From assembly GCA_963786935.1 (NCBI GenBank), contig CAWBAN010000001.1:256001-320000 (forward strand): a DNA stretch of 64,000 nucleotides, read 5' to 3'. The position numbers were made by a program, and so were the translations under genes. A model generated the notes under the pieces. The model searched no databases, was not told where the DNA came from, and saw nothing but the letters and a program-made list of their open reading frames with translations. This document shows, piece by piece, positions 9,449 through 19,207 of the stretch; the stretch's first letter is position 1; each line of letters begins with the position of its first letter. The DNA comes from an uncultured bacterium. Lineage in GTDB: Bacteria > Krumholzibacteriota > Krumholzibacteriia > Krumholzibacteriales > Krumholzibacteriaceae.

Positions 9449-11031
9449 AACGGCACATCCGGTGGCTGATCGTCGTGCTCATCGTCATCGTCGGCGCGAT
9501 CTCGATCGTCGAGCTGCTCCCCGGCGGGGAAGCGGCGGACGGTCCCGTCGTCAGGTTCTGGGGCGCCGCGCGGCGCGTGGGCGGCTCGTGCCTCATCGTC
9601 GAGAACGGGGGGACGAGATTCATCGTCGATTGCGGCGCGCTCGGGGAGGAGGGGGCGGGGGCGCTTCCCCCGCGGCCCGATTCGCTCGCCTTCGTCGTCG
9701 TCACGCACGCCCACATCGATCACGTGGGGCTCGTGGCGGAGCTCTTCGCCGCCGGATTCAAGGGGCGCGTCTACTGCACGCCGGGAACGGCGGCGCTCGC
9801 GCCGATCATGCTCGCGATGGAGCGCGGGATATCGCGCGAGAAGATTCCGCGCGAGACGTACGATCGCGCGCTCGCGAGCTTCGTCCCTGTGCCGTTCGGC
9901 AGAACGATCGTCGAGCGGGGCGTGTCGTTCCGGTTCTTCCGGGCCGAGCACCTGCTCGGCGCGGCCTCCATCGAGATGCTGCTCCCGTCGGGAGCCGATA
10001 CGGTGCGGCTCGTCGTGTCGGGGGACATCGGCGCGGGAAATTCGATCCTCCTTCCGGCCGCCGAAAGGCCGGGCCGCGCGGACTACGTCATCATGGAATC
10101 GACCTACGGCGGCATGGTGCGCGATCCGTCGCGCGCGGGGGGCGCAGCGGGACACGAAGCGTTCGCCGAGGCGATCGCCGGCGCGCTCCGGGCGGGCGGG
10201 GACGTGCTCGTCCCTTCCTTCACGCTCGGGAGGACGCAGGAGGCGATGGCCGTCATCGATCTGTTCATGCGGAAGGGGACCATTCCCCCCGGCACCGAGG
10301 TGTACGTCGACAGCCCCACGGCGCGGAAGATCACGTCGGTCTACCGGCGCCTGCGGGAGGAGCTCTCCGAGTACGCCCGGTCGGCGTATCCCGGAGAGAT
10401 CCTGCGGTTCCCCGAGCTGCGGGAGGTGCGGAGCCGCACGTCGCTCAAGGTGCACGGCCGCATCCACCGGCCGGCCATTTTCATTTCGTCGAGCGGCGAT
10501 CTCGCGCACGCGAACGCGCCGCGGCATCTCATGCGCATGTACGACGATCCGAAGAACCTCCTCTGCATCATCGGCTGGCAGCCCCCCGGCTCCCTCGGCG
10601 CGCGGCTCCTCGCCGGCGAGAGCCCCGTGCTCGTGGGGCATCAGGAGGGGAAGAAGTTCGAGCGCGACTGGATATCGCCCGCGATCGCAACGCGGGGATT
10701 TCACTCGTTCTCGGCGCACGCGGACGCCGCGGGACTCGTCGAGTGGCTCGGGGCCGCGACCGGCGTGCGGCGCGTCTTTCTCGTGCACGGCGACGAGGAT
10801 CAGGCGCTCGCGCTCGAGAAAACGATTCGCGAGAGGCTCGGCCTCGCGGTGACCGTGCCTCGGCGGGGAGATGGATTCGTGCTCACCGCGCGGCGGGGAG
10901 CGGTCGAGCGGCATTTCGCCGCGCCCGATGCGGCGCGGCCCGTTTCCCGCGCCCCGGCGGCGGGGCGTTCCGATTCGCTCGCGGCCGGGGGGGCCGCGCG
11001 GACCGGCGAGGCGTACGAGGGCGTCGAATGA
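9445..11031 (+). CDS. Metallo-beta-lactamase fold beta-CASP nuclease with N-terminal signal or membrane anchor
   Basis: GAARRVGGSC, VDCG, THAHIDH, EHLLG, SGDIG, MESTYG, PSFTLGRTQE, FSAHAD and LVHGD motifs. N-terminus MKRHIRWLIVVLIVIVGAISIV. ATGA overlap with oppA. Confidence 0.88.
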   Translation: MKRHIRWLIVVLIVIVGAISIVELLPGGEAADGPVVRFWGAARRVGGSCLIVENGGTRFIVDCGALGEEGAGALPPRPDSLAFVVVTHAHIDHVGLVAELFAAGFKGRVYCTPGTAALAPIMLAMERGISREKIPRETYDRALASFVPVPFGRTIVERGVSFRFFRAEHLLGAASIEMLLPSGADTVRLVVSGDIGAGNSILLPAAERPGRADYVIMESTYGGMVRDPSRAGGAAGHEAFAEAIAGALRAGGDVLVPSFTLGRTQEAMAVIDLFMRKGTIPPGTEVYVDSPTARKITSVYRRLREELSEYARSAYPGEILRFPELREVRSRTSLKVHGRIHRPAIFISSSGDLAHANAPRHLMRMYDDPKNLLCIIGWQPPGSLGARLLAGESPVLVGHQEGKKFERDWISPAIATRGFHSFSAHADAAGLVEWLGAATGVRRVFLVHGDEDQALALEKTIRERLGLAVTVPRRGDGFVLTARRGAVERHFAAPDAARPVSRAPAAGRSDSLAAGGAARTGEAYEGVE

Positions 11032-11068
11032 CGCGTGCGCGATCGATCGTTCGCGGAAGGATCCGGCT

Positions 11069-12064
11069 ATGAAGCACATCGCGAAACGGCTCGCGAGAAT
11101 CGTCCCCGTCGTCGTGCTCATCTCGATCGCGACGTTCGCGCTGCTGCATCTCGCGCCCGGCGGGCCCGCCGGCGTGCTCGCGGGGGGCGCGCGGATGAGC
11201 GAGAGCGACTTCGCGCGCATCGAGGGAAATCTCGGACTCGATAAGCCGCTTCCCGTGCAGTACCTCGTTTGGTTCAAGCGGGTGTTCCTGAATCTCGATT
11301 TCGGATCGAGCTACGCGACGGGCGAGCCCGTCTCACGGATGATCCTCGAGCGATTGCCCGCGACGCTCGAGCTCATGGGCGCGGCCTTCGCGCTCGCCCT
11401 CGTCCTCGGCGTCGCGATGGGGGTCGCCTCCGCCGTGCGCCGGGACGGGCCGCTCGATCAGATCTTCTCGCTCGCCTCGATTGCCGGGCTCTCGATGCCG
11501 GTCTTCTGGCTCGCGCTCGTCTCGATCTGGGTCTTTTCGCTGAAGCTCGGCGTCTTCCCGAGCGGCGGGCGGGAGACGATCGGCGCCGCGTGGAGCCTCG
11601 CCGATCGCCTCCGGCATCTCGCGCTTCCCGCGTGCGCGCTCTCGATCGGATTTCTCGCCTCGTGGAGCCGCTATACGAGGGCGCAGCTCCTCGGCGCGAT
11701 CAGGGGGGATTTCGTGCGCACGGCGCGGGCGAAAGGGCTGAGCGAGGCGTCGGTGATCTGGAAGCACGCCTTCCGGAACGCGGCGCTCCCGGTTCTCTCC
11801 GTGGTCGTTATGCAGCTCCCGGCGCTCTTCACCGGCGCCGTCATCACGGAGACCGTGTTCTCGTGGCCGGGGATGGGGCGGCTCTTCTACGACGGGCTCG
11901 CGCGGCACGACTACCCGCTCGTGCTCGGAATCGTCGTCATCGCCTCGTTCCTCATCATCGCCTTCAACGCGATCGGCGACATCCTGCAGACGGCGGTCGA
12001 TCCGAGGATATCGGCGGCCGGCCCGCGGGACGTTCCGGACGGGGCGGCGGAGGGTGCGGCATGA
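11069..12064 (+). CDS. oppB: Peptide ABC transporter permease OppB/DppB
   Basis: LGLDKPLPVQY, LERLPATLEL, FVRTARAKGL..HAFRNA and ETVFSWPGMG motifs. Confidence 0.92.
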   Translation: MKHIAKRLARIVPVVVLISIATFALLHLAPGGPAGVLAGGARMSESDFARIEGNLGLDKPLPVQYLVWFKRVFLNLDFGSSYATGEPVSRMILERLPATLELMGAAFALALVLGVAMGVASAVRRDGPLDQIFSLASIAGLSMPVFWLALVSIWVFSLKLGVFPSGGRETIGAAWSLADRLRHLALPACALSIGFLASWSRYTRAQLLGAIRGDFVRTARAKGLSEASVIWKHAFRNAALPVLSVVVMQLPALFTGAVITETVFSWPGMGRLFYDGLARHDYPLVLGIVVIASFLIIAFNAIGDILQTAVDPRISAAGPRDVPDGAAEGAA

Positions 12065-12948
12065 ACGTGAACGCGCGCTGCGAATTCGCGAATGCCGGCA
12101 AAACGTTTGCGCCCGCGCGGGGCGTTCGTTTCGACCGCGGCGGATTCTTCGCCGCGGGCGGCGCCGCCTATTCGCTGATCCTCATCGTGCTCGTCCTCGT
12201 CCTTTCGACCTTCGCGCCCCTCTTCGTGCCGCACGGGCGGGACGCGATGGATCTCGACGCGATCCTCTCGCCGCCGTCGGCCGCGCATGTGCTCGGCACC
12301 GACGAGCTCGGGCGCGACGTCCTCACGCGGCTCGTATACGCGGGGCGCTTCAGCCTTCTCGTGGCCTTCTGCGCGGTGGGGATCGCGCTCGCGATCGGCG
12401 TGCTGCTCGGCGCGATCGCCGGGTATTTCGGCGGCGTCGCCGACGCGGCGGTCGCGGCCGTCATCGACGTGTTCCTCTCGATCCCCGTGTTTCTCGTGCT
12501 CCTCGTCGCGGCCTCCGCCGGCGGCGGGAGGCTCTGGATCGTGCCCCTCGTGATCGGGGGAACCTCGTGGATGGAGACGGCGCGCGTCGTTCGCTCGATC
12601 GTGCTGCCGCTGAAGGAGGAGGGCTTCGTCGCGGCGGCGCGGGCCGCCGGGGCGAAGGACGCCTCCATCGTCGTCCGCCACCTGCTGCCGCAGGCGATGC
12701 CCGCCGTCGTCGTGTCGGCGACGATCGGCTTCGCGCAGGCGATGCTCGTCGAATCGGCCCTGAGCTTCCTCGGCTTCGGCGTTCAGCCCCCCGTTCCCAC
12801 GTGGGGGAACATGCTTCAGAACGCGCACGCGTTCATCGGACGGGCGCCGCTCGCCGCGATCGCGCCCGGATTCATGATCTTCATCACGTGCCTCGCCTTC
12901 AACTATGTCGGCGAGGGGCTACGCAGGGAGCTTGCCATCGAGCGCTGA
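12061..12948 (+). CDS. oppC: Peptide ABC transporter permease OppC/DppC
   Basis: HVLGTDELGRDVLTRL, FVAAARAAGA..IVVRHLLP and ESALSFLGFGVQPP.PTWGNML motifs. ATGA overlap with oppB. Confidence 0.92.
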   Translation: MNVNARCEFANAGKTFAPARGVRFDRGGFFAAGGAAYSLILIVLVLVLSTFAPLFVPHGRDAMDLDAILSPPSAAHVLGTDELGRDVLTRLVYAGRFSLLVAFCAVGIALAIGVLLGAIAGYFGGVADAAVAAVIDVFLSIPVFLVLLVAASAGGGRLWIVPLVIGGTSWMETARVVRSIVLPLKEEGFVAAARAAGAKDASIVVRHLLPQAMPAVVVSATIGFAQAMLVESALSFLGFGVQPPVPTWGNMLQNAHAFIGRAPLAAIAPGFMIFITCLAFNYVGEGLRRELAIER

Positions 12949-12967
12949 TTCCGCTACCTTCATCCGC

Positions 12968-14002
12968 ATGAACGCCCGCATCAAAGCGATCGGCCTCGTC
13001 TCGGGAGGGCTCGACAGCGCGCTCGCCGTCGCGGTCGTGAAGCGCCTCGGCGTCGACGTCCTCGCGCTGCACGCCTCGATCGGATATTCGGCCGGCTTCA
13101 TGCGGGCAGAGATCGCGGGAGCGAAGCACGCCGATCTCATGGCGGAGGATGCGGCGCGCATGACGGCCGCCTTCGGCGTTCCGACGCGCGTCCTCGATCT
13201 CGTCGACGAGTACTTCGGCGTGCTGCTCCATCCCCGGCACGGCTACGGCGCGAACGTCAATCCGTGCATCGACTGCCACCTCTTCATGATCAGGAAGGCG
13301 AAGGAGGTCATGGAGCGGGAGGGGGGAAGGTTCGTCTTCACGGGAGAGGTGCTCGGCCAGCGGCCGATGTCGCAGAACTACAAGGCGCTCGAGCTCATCG
13401 ATCGCGAATCGGGGCTCGAGGGGCTCCTCGTGCGTCCGCTGAGCGCGAGGCTTCTCCCCGAGACGCTCGCGGAGAGGAACGGCTGGATTTCCCGCGACGG
13501 GCTCCTCGACATTCAGGGGCGCTCGCGGAGGCGCCAGATGGAGCTCGCCGCCGCGCTCGGCGTGAAGGGATACGCCTCGCCCGCGGGCGGATGTATGCTC
13601 ACCGACGAGCATTACGCAGGGAGGTTCAAGGACTGGATGAGGCATCGGGGGGGCGCGGCGCCCACGCACGAGGAGACGCTCCTCTTTTCGGTCGGCCGGC
13701 ATTTCAGGCTCTCGTCGGCGGTGAAGGCCGTGGTCGGCAGGCGCGAGGCGGAGAATCATTACCTCGAACGCGCGTGGAGCGCCGAATGGCTCGCCACACC
13801 GGTCGACGTTCCCGGACCGACGGTGCTCGTGCAGGGGCCGGCCGGCGACGAGGATCTGCGCCTCGCCGCGGCGCTCGTCGCGCGCTACAGCGACGCGAAG
13901 ACCGCGCCGTCGGTGAAGGTCGCCGTGCGAAAGGGAGACGAGGAGAGAATCTGCGACGCCGCGCCCGCGGCGGACGATCTGATCGAACGCCTGCGAATCT
14001 GA
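12968..14002 (+). CDS. PP-loop tRNA thiolation-type ATPase (ThiI/MnmA-like) with an NFACT-R-like C-terminal domain
   Basis: SGGLDS PP-loop, NPCIDCH, TGEVLGQRPMSQ, RPLSA, PAGGC and GRHFR motifs. Confidence 0.75.
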   Translation: MNARIKAIGLVSGGLDSALAVAVVKRLGVDVLALHASIGYSAGFMRAEIAGAKHADLMAEDAARMTAAFGVPTRVLDLVDEYFGVLLHPRHGYGANVNPCIDCHLFMIRKAKEVMEREGGRFVFTGEVLGQRPMSQNYKALELIDRESGLEGLLVRPLSARLLPETLAERNGWISRDGLLDIQGRSRRRQMELAAALGVKGYASPAGGCMLTDEHYAGRFKDWMRHRGGAAPTHEETLLFSVGRHFRLSSAVKAVVGRREAENHYLERAWSAEWLATPVDVPGPTVLVQGPAGDEDLRLAAALVARYSDAKTAPSVKVAVRKGDEERICDAAPAADDLIERLRI

Positions 14003-14066
14003 ACCGCCCGCGTAGCGAGCGTGGCCGCCGGGAATGGATGCGGCCGCCGCGCGCCAACCGCCGCCG

Positions 14067-14603
14067 CTAGACCTCTTCGCTCCAGAGCCTGCGGAGCTCG
14101 TCCTGTTTTTCGAGGTATCTGGTGATCAGCCGGCCGTGCGCCTCGAAGGCGAGCCGCGGCAGCTTGCCGATGGCGTAGAAGCGCACCTTCTCCGCGTCGT
14201 CCCCGGCGCGGGGCGTTCCCTCGAATCCCACGAACGAGTATCCGATGATGAGGAGCGAGGTGCCGTAGAATCTGCTCTCCTGGTAGATGATGTCGACGAG
14301 GGAAGGATCGCGCGCGACGATCCCGCACTCCTCCTCGAGCTCGCGGGCCGCCGCCGCGGCCGGGCTCTCGTGCATCTCGATGAATCCGCCCGGGAGCGCC
14401 CATTGGCTCTTTCCCGGCTCCCGGTTTCTGCGGACGAGAAGAATGCGCCCCGAGTCGTCGGTCACGATGCCCGTCGCCGCGGGAATGGGATTCTCGTAGA
14501 TGAAGCGCTGTTCCGCCTCGCAGAAGAGGCGCGAGCGGCCTTCGGATTCCCTCGTTCCGAGGGGCGCTCCGCAGAAATGGCAAAAGAGCTTCGGCTGTTT
14601 CAT
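14067..14603 (-). CDS. NUDIX hydrolase with N-terminal zinc ribbon
   Basis: FCHFCG...FC, YENP, and Nudix box PGGFIEMHESPAAAAARELEEECG. Confidence 0.9.
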   Translation of the reverse strand: MKQPKLFCHFCGAPLGTRESEGRSRLFCEAEQRFIYENPIPAATGIVTDDSGRILLVRRNREPGKSQWALPGGFIEMHESPAAAAARELEEECGIVARDPSLVDIIYQESRFYGTSLLIIGYSFVGFEGTPRAGDDAEKVRFYAIGKLPRLAFEAHGRLITRYLEKQDELRRLWSEEV

Positions 14604-14639
14604 TGATCATGCTCCCGTGTGCGCCGGCGCGGCGCGCCG

Positions 14640-15326
14640 TCAGAAATTGTAGCCGACGAGGAGGGCGAAGCCGAGGTTCTTGCTGTTCCCGGGATTCACG
14701 GTTTCCGTGAAGCTCGAGCCTTCGAATTCCGTGGTCACCTCTCCTCCCGAGTAGACGTTGGTCAGGCCGAAGTCGAATCTCGCGTCGGCGGTGATCCCGC
14801 CGAGGCCGATGGCGTAGCGGCATCCCAGGCCGATCGAGAAGCAGACTTCCATTTTGTTCATGACGTCGGACCAATCGGACGATCCGGACCCGCTCTCGCC
14901 CGTTCTCGTATCCGAGAACTCGAGGTCCATGTCGGCGCCGAGGTTGATTCCCACACCCGGTCCCAGGAAAAAGTAGGGGCTGAAGCGGCTCCTTCCCGCG
15001 ACGGTGAGCTTCGCGAGAATGGGCATCTCGATATAGTCGAAACGCGCCGTGTAGTTCAGATCGTAGCCGGGGCCCTCGAGCCCGCCGTCGAGCCCCTTGG
15101 TGACGTAGAGGAGCTCGGGCTGCAGGCTGAAATATCGATTGAACGCATAATCCATATAGACGCCGCCCGCGAAGCCGTTCCTGAACGCGGTGTCCGGCCA
15201 GCCGGTGGGGACCTCCGTCGTATTGGATGTATAGATGCCCCCCTTGACTCCGAAGGATACGAAGGGCGCCGCCGCGGCGGAATGAGACAGAATCAGAATA
15301 ACGAAAACAAGTCCGATGCGCTTCAT
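14640..15326 (-). CDS. Outer-membrane beta-barrel (porin family, OMP_b-brl_2-like)
   Basis: Signal peptide; FGVKGG, SLQPELLYVTKG, YIEMPIL and terminal LVGYNF. Confidence 0.85.
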   Translation of the reverse strand: MKRIGLVFVILILSHSAAAAPFVSFGVKGGIYTSNTTEVPTGWPDTAFRNGFAGGVYMDYAFNRYFSLQPELLYVTKGLDGGLEGPGYDLNYTARFDYIEMPILAKLTVAGRSRFSPYFFLGPGVGINLGADMDLEFSDTRTGESGSGSSDWSDVMNKMEVCFSIGLGCRYAIGLGGITADARFDFGLTNVYSGGEVTTEFEGSSFTETVNPGNSKNLGFALLVGYNF

Positions 15327-15491
15327 GTGCGTCTCCTTGTGAGGTTTGTCGTCTCGACGATGCTTCGATTCTAGCCTCTTACGCGCCCGCGCGCAAGGCG
15401 CTTTGCGGCGCGAGGCGCATTTGCCGTTGCCCGGCCCGCGGTCTTCGGTTAGCATCGGGTGCGATCGCCCGAAACGAATACCGGGAGGCTC

Positions 15492-16427
15492 ATGAACAAG
15501 AGATTCGACGTCGTCGGCATCGGGTACACCGCGCTCGATCATCTCGGCATCGTGCCGCGTCTGCCCGAGGAGAACACGAAGCTCGAGGTGCGCGATTTCA
15601 CGATACAGGGGGGAGGTCCCACGGCGACCGCGATGGTCACCGTTCGGCGTCTCGGTCTCGAGGCCGCGTACGTCGGCAAGGTCGGCGACGACGGCTTCGG
15701 CGCGCGGATGCTCGAGGAGCTGCGCGCGGAGGACGTCGACGTGTCGTCGGTCGTCGTCGAGCGGGGCGCCACGTCCCAGTATGCGTTCATCATGGTCGAC
15801 GCGGTGAGCGCGGCGCGGACGATCCTCTGGACGCGGGGGAGCGTGTCGCTCTTGAAGGCGAATGAAGCCGATCTCGATCTCATCCGCTCGGCGCGGGGCC
15901 TCTTCATCGACGATCTCGAGCCCGAGGCGGCGCTCGTCGCCGCGCGAGCGGCCCGGGAAGCGGGGATTCCCGTGCTCATCGACGCGGGATCGCTCCGCGA
16001 GGGAGTCCGCGAGCTCCTGCCGCTGTGCGACTACCTCATCGCGAGCGAACGCTTCGCGGAGCAGATTTCGGGGGGCACGGATATCCGCGCGGCGCTCGCG
16101 GCGCTCGACGCGTTCGGTCCGAAGGTGTCGGTCGTGACGCTCGGCGAGAAGGGCTGCGCATATCTTTCGGGCGCGGACGTCGTCGAGGTGCCGGGATTCG
16201 CCGTGAAGGCGGTCGACACGACGGGGGCCGGCGACGTCTTCCACGGCGCGTATCTCTTCGCCGTCCTCGAAGGGCTCGACACGATGCGCGCCTGCGTCTT
16301 CGCGAACGCCGTCGCGGCGCTCAAATGCCGCAGGCTCGGCGGCCGCGCCGGCATTCCGACCCTCTCCGAAACGCTCGCGTTTCTCGAGCGCGAGCGCCCC
16401 GGCCTCGACTTTTCCCTGAGAAGCTAG
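15492..16427 (+). CDS. PfkB family carbohydrate kinase
   Basis: GGGPTATA..RLG, VGDDGFG, VVTLGEKG and VDTTGAGDVFHG motifs. Confidence 0.92.
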   Translation: MNKRFDVVGIGYTALDHLGIVPRLPEENTKLEVRDFTIQGGGPTATAMVTVRRLGLEAAYVGKVGDDGFGARMLEELRAEDVDVSSVVVERGATSQYAFIMVDAVSAARTILWTRGSVSLLKANEADLDLIRSARGLFIDDLEPEAALVAARAAREAGIPVLIDAGSLREGVRELLPLCDYLIASERFAEQISGGTDIRAALAALDAFGPKVSVVTLGEKGCAYLSGADVVEVPGFAVKAVDTTGAGDVFHGAYLFAVLEGLDTMRACVFANAVAALKCRRLGGRAGIPTLSETLAFLERERPGLDFSLRS

Positions 16428-16510
16428 TGCGTCGCCGGACATTCCCGCTCCGAGCCCAGTCGCGGAGCTCCAATGGGCTCGTTCGCGGGAATGTCCGGCC
16501 CCGGCACTGG
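16424..16510. other. Long multi-segment hairpin between convergent genes (terminator or structured RNA)
   Basis: 16434-16448 GCCGGACATTCCCGC pairs perfectly with 16485-16499. Inner CGAGCCCA 16451-16458 pairs with 16474-16481. Outer CTAGTGC pairs with GCACTGG using one G-U. Confidence 0.7.
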
Positions 16511-16548
16511 TAGCGGGTGATGCTGGTGGGGTCCCCGCCCGCGCGCCG

Positions 16549-17043
16549 CTATTTCAGCGCATATGGCGTGGCCTCGCCCGTCGCGAGATCGAAGACGATC
16601 CAGCCGGGAGGCTCGAGGAGCCCCATGAGCTCGCCGGGATTGACGAGCCACGCCGAACCGATCCGCTCGATCTTCCTGCGGTGCGTGTGCCCGTAGAAGA
16701 CGGCCGTGTACTTTTGCGTGCACGCGAGCCCGCGCGCGAACTCGGGGCGGTGGGTAAATGCGACGTCGCCGTTCTCCGTCTCGACGAAGCCGACCTCGCC
16801 GTGGAGCCTGACGTTCGGGAACTTCTTCGCCGCGACGGTGCCGATCGTGTAGCGGTCCCCCTCGTTGTTGCCGAAGACGACGTGCACCGGCCCCGCGAAG
16901 GCGGCGAGCCGGTCGACGACGAAGGGCGAGACGAGATCCCCGCAGTGAAAGAGCGCTGAGACGCCCGCCGCGTTGATCTTCGCGAGCGCCGCCTCGATGT
17001 TCTCGAGATGGTCGTGCGTATCGCTGATGACGGCCACGTTCAT
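16549..17043 (-). CDS. YfcE/MJ0936 family metallophosphoesterase
   Basis: ISDTH, HCGD, GNNE, GHTH and NPG motifs. Confidence 0.9.
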   Translation of the reverse strand: MNVAVISDTHDHLENIEAALAKINAAGVSALFHCGDLVSPFVVDRLAAFAGPVHVVFGNNEGDRYTIGTVAAKKFPNVRLHGEVGFVETENGDVAFTHRPEFARGLACTQKYTAVFYGHTHRRKIERIGSAWLVNPGELMGLLEPPGWIVFDLATGEATPYALK

Positions 17044-17187
17044 CGAAGTTCCCTCCTCTCGGACAGAGCCGCATTATACCACGGAATCCCGTTTGATGAC
17101 GAACCGCGCGCATGGCACGCCTCTTGATTTACGCCTCTCCGGGAGGGCGCGCGCCCTCCTTCCATTCAAGCCGCGGAAGGAATCGGA

Positions 17188-19062
17188 ATGCCCGGAACGG
17201 AGAAAGCGAAAATCATTGATATGCAAGAGATTAAAGAATTGCACCATGGCTCGATCAGCGTCTGCATGATCGCCCGGGACGAGGAAGAGCGCATCGCCGA
17301 GGCGCTCGAGAGTGTCAAGGATCTTGCCGGCGAGCTGATTGTTGTCGATACAGGCTCGAAGGACGCCACGATGTTCGAGGCGAGGCGGCTCGGCGCGAAG
17401 GTGTACGAAATCCCCTGGAACGACGATTTCAGCGAGGCGCGGAACGTCGCGCTGTCGAAGGCGACGAGGGAATGGATCCTCGTCCTCGACGCGGACGAGC
17501 GCCTTTCCCGCGACGATCATGAAACGATCCGCGCTCTCGTGCGCGACGCGGCCTCGGAAGCATTCAGCTTCGAGCAGCGCACCTACACGAACGCGGCGTC
17601 CGGCCTGGGACTCCTCGCGGTACAAGACGAACGAGCGGCCTCGGGGTGCGCCGCGCATTTCAGCGTCACCCAGATCCGGCTCTTTCGCGCGGATGCGGAT
17701 ATCCGCTACGCCTGCGAGCTTCACGAGAGCGTCGAGGAATCGCTCCTCCTCGGGGGCATCCCTGTTCGCGACAGCGGGCTGGCGATCCATCACTACGGAA
17801 GAATCGCGCCCTCGGAGCGCGTCTCTCGGAAAGCGGCAGTCTGGTGCGCGCTCGCGCGGGAAGGCGTCGGGGCGTGTCCCGGCGCGCCGATGTATCTCTA
17901 CGAGATGGCGGTTCGGCTCCTCGAGCTCGGCCGCGTCGACGGGGCGCTGGCGCACGCGGAGACGGCGCTCGATCTCTATCCCGAACACTGGGAATTCTGG
18001 AACGTCGCGGGGCTCGCGCGCCTGCGGAGCGGCGATCGCGAAGCGGCCGCCGCCTGTTTTCGCGACGGGCTGCGCATCGCCGATGAGCCGCACGCCGAGC
18101 TCAGCAACAACATGGGGGTCGCGCTCCTCGAGAACGGCGAGAGCGCCGAGGCGCTCCTCCATTTCGAGCGCTCCCTCGATCTCGACCCGGACAACCCGGA
18201 CGTGCTGCGGAACGCGGCGACCGCGTGCGCCCTCGTCGGCGAGCTCGAACGGGGGCTCGAATATATCGCGCGCTCCATCGCGATCGATCCGTTCACGGCC
18301 CATTCTCACGCGGTCCACGCCGATCTCCGCTGCCGGATGAACGACTGTCCCGCGGCGGCGCGTATCCTCGACGCGATGCGGTTTCTTCCCGAAACGCCCT
18401 TCAAGGTGCGCCTCAAGATGATCCAGCTCTACATCCGCATGCACATGATCGACGAGGCGGACGCGGTCGTCCGGCGGGCCCTCGAGGAGTTCCCCGAGCG
18501 GGAGGACCTCCTCTACCTCGCGGGGAAGATCGCGGAGCTCCACGGCGACGACGACCGGGCGATCGGCCTCTATCGGGGCGCGCTCGCCGCGGGCGAGGGG
18601 CACGCCGACGCGCTCTCGAGCCTCGGCTGCATCTTCGAGCGCCGCTCGAACCTCGACGAGGCGCTCGCCGCGTTCCGCGAGGCGCTCCGCCTCAAGCCGC
18701 TCGACGCGCGGCTCGAGGTGAACGTCGGCATCGTTCTCGATAAGCTCGGCCGGCTCGAGGAGGCGGAACGCCACTTCGAGAACGTGATCGGGAAGGAAGC
18801 GGAATCCGGATTCGCCTGCAACGCCCTCGGGTGCCACCTCGCCAAATCGAACAAACTCGACGAGGCGCTCGTCTATTTCACGAAGGCGGTCGAGCTCGAG
18901 TCCGGCAACGCGATGTACTACCAGAACCTCGGGCTCGCCTGCGAACGGATGAATCTGAACGACCGCGCGGCGGCCGTGTACGAGCGCATGGCGGCGATCG
19001 ATCCGGGAACCGCGCCGTTCGCGCGCGAGCGGCTCATGCGTCTCAAGAATCCGATCGGTTAG
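17188..19062 (+). CDS. Glycosyltransferase family 2 protein with C-terminal TPR array
   Basis: ISVCMIARDEE, VVDTGS.D, DDFSEARN, WILVLDADE and HYG motifs, followed by multiple TPR helices. The exact start codon is uncertain. Confidence 0.88.
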   Translation: MPGTEKAKIIDMQEIKELHHGSISVCMIARDEEERIAEALESVKDLAGELIVVDTGSKDATMFEARRLGAKVYEIPWNDDFSEARNVALSKATREWILVLDADERLSRDDHETIRALVRDAASEAFSFEQRTYTNAASGLGLLAVQDERAASGCAAHFSVTQIRLFRADADIRYACELHESVEESLLLGGIPVRDSGLAIHHYGRIAPSERVSRKAAVWCALAREGVGACPGAPMYLYEMAVRLLELGRVDGALAHAETALDLYPEHWEFWNVAGLARLRSGDREAAAACFRDGLRIADEPHAELSNNMGVALLENGESAEALLHFERSLDLDPDNPDVLRNAATACALVGELERGLEYIARSIAIDPFTAHSHAVHADLRCRMNDCPAAARILDAMRFLPETPFKVRLKMIQLYIRMHMIDEADAVVRRALEEFPEREDLLYLAGKIAELHGDDDRAIGLYRGALAAGEGHADALSSLGCIFERRSNLDEALAAFREALRLKPLDARLEVNVGIVLDKLGRLEEAERHFENVIGKEAESGFACNALGCHLAKSNKLDEALVYFTKAVELESGNAMYYQNLGLACERMNLNDRAAAVYERMAAIDPGTAPFARERLMRLKNPIG

Positions 19063-19207
19063 GGGCGCCGCCGGCGCCGGTTTCCGGACAACGGGCTTCC
19101 GGGCGCATCTCCCTCCATCAATCTCCCGCCTTGAACGGGACCGGCGTTCCATGAGACAATGGGCGAACGATGAATGCATTCGTTCGCATCAGCCGGGAGG
19201 CGCGCGC

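Noticed and set aside
16424..16510. Hairpin as a SECIS element or SRP RNA
   Set aside because: No adjacent in-frame UGA at a Cys-equivalent position, and the conserved SRP domain IV motif is absent.
17209..17235. Imperfect palindrome AATCATTG-ATATG-CAAGAGATT near the GT2-TPR start
   Set aside because: Mismatched, possibly within coding sequence, and no second copy was noticed.
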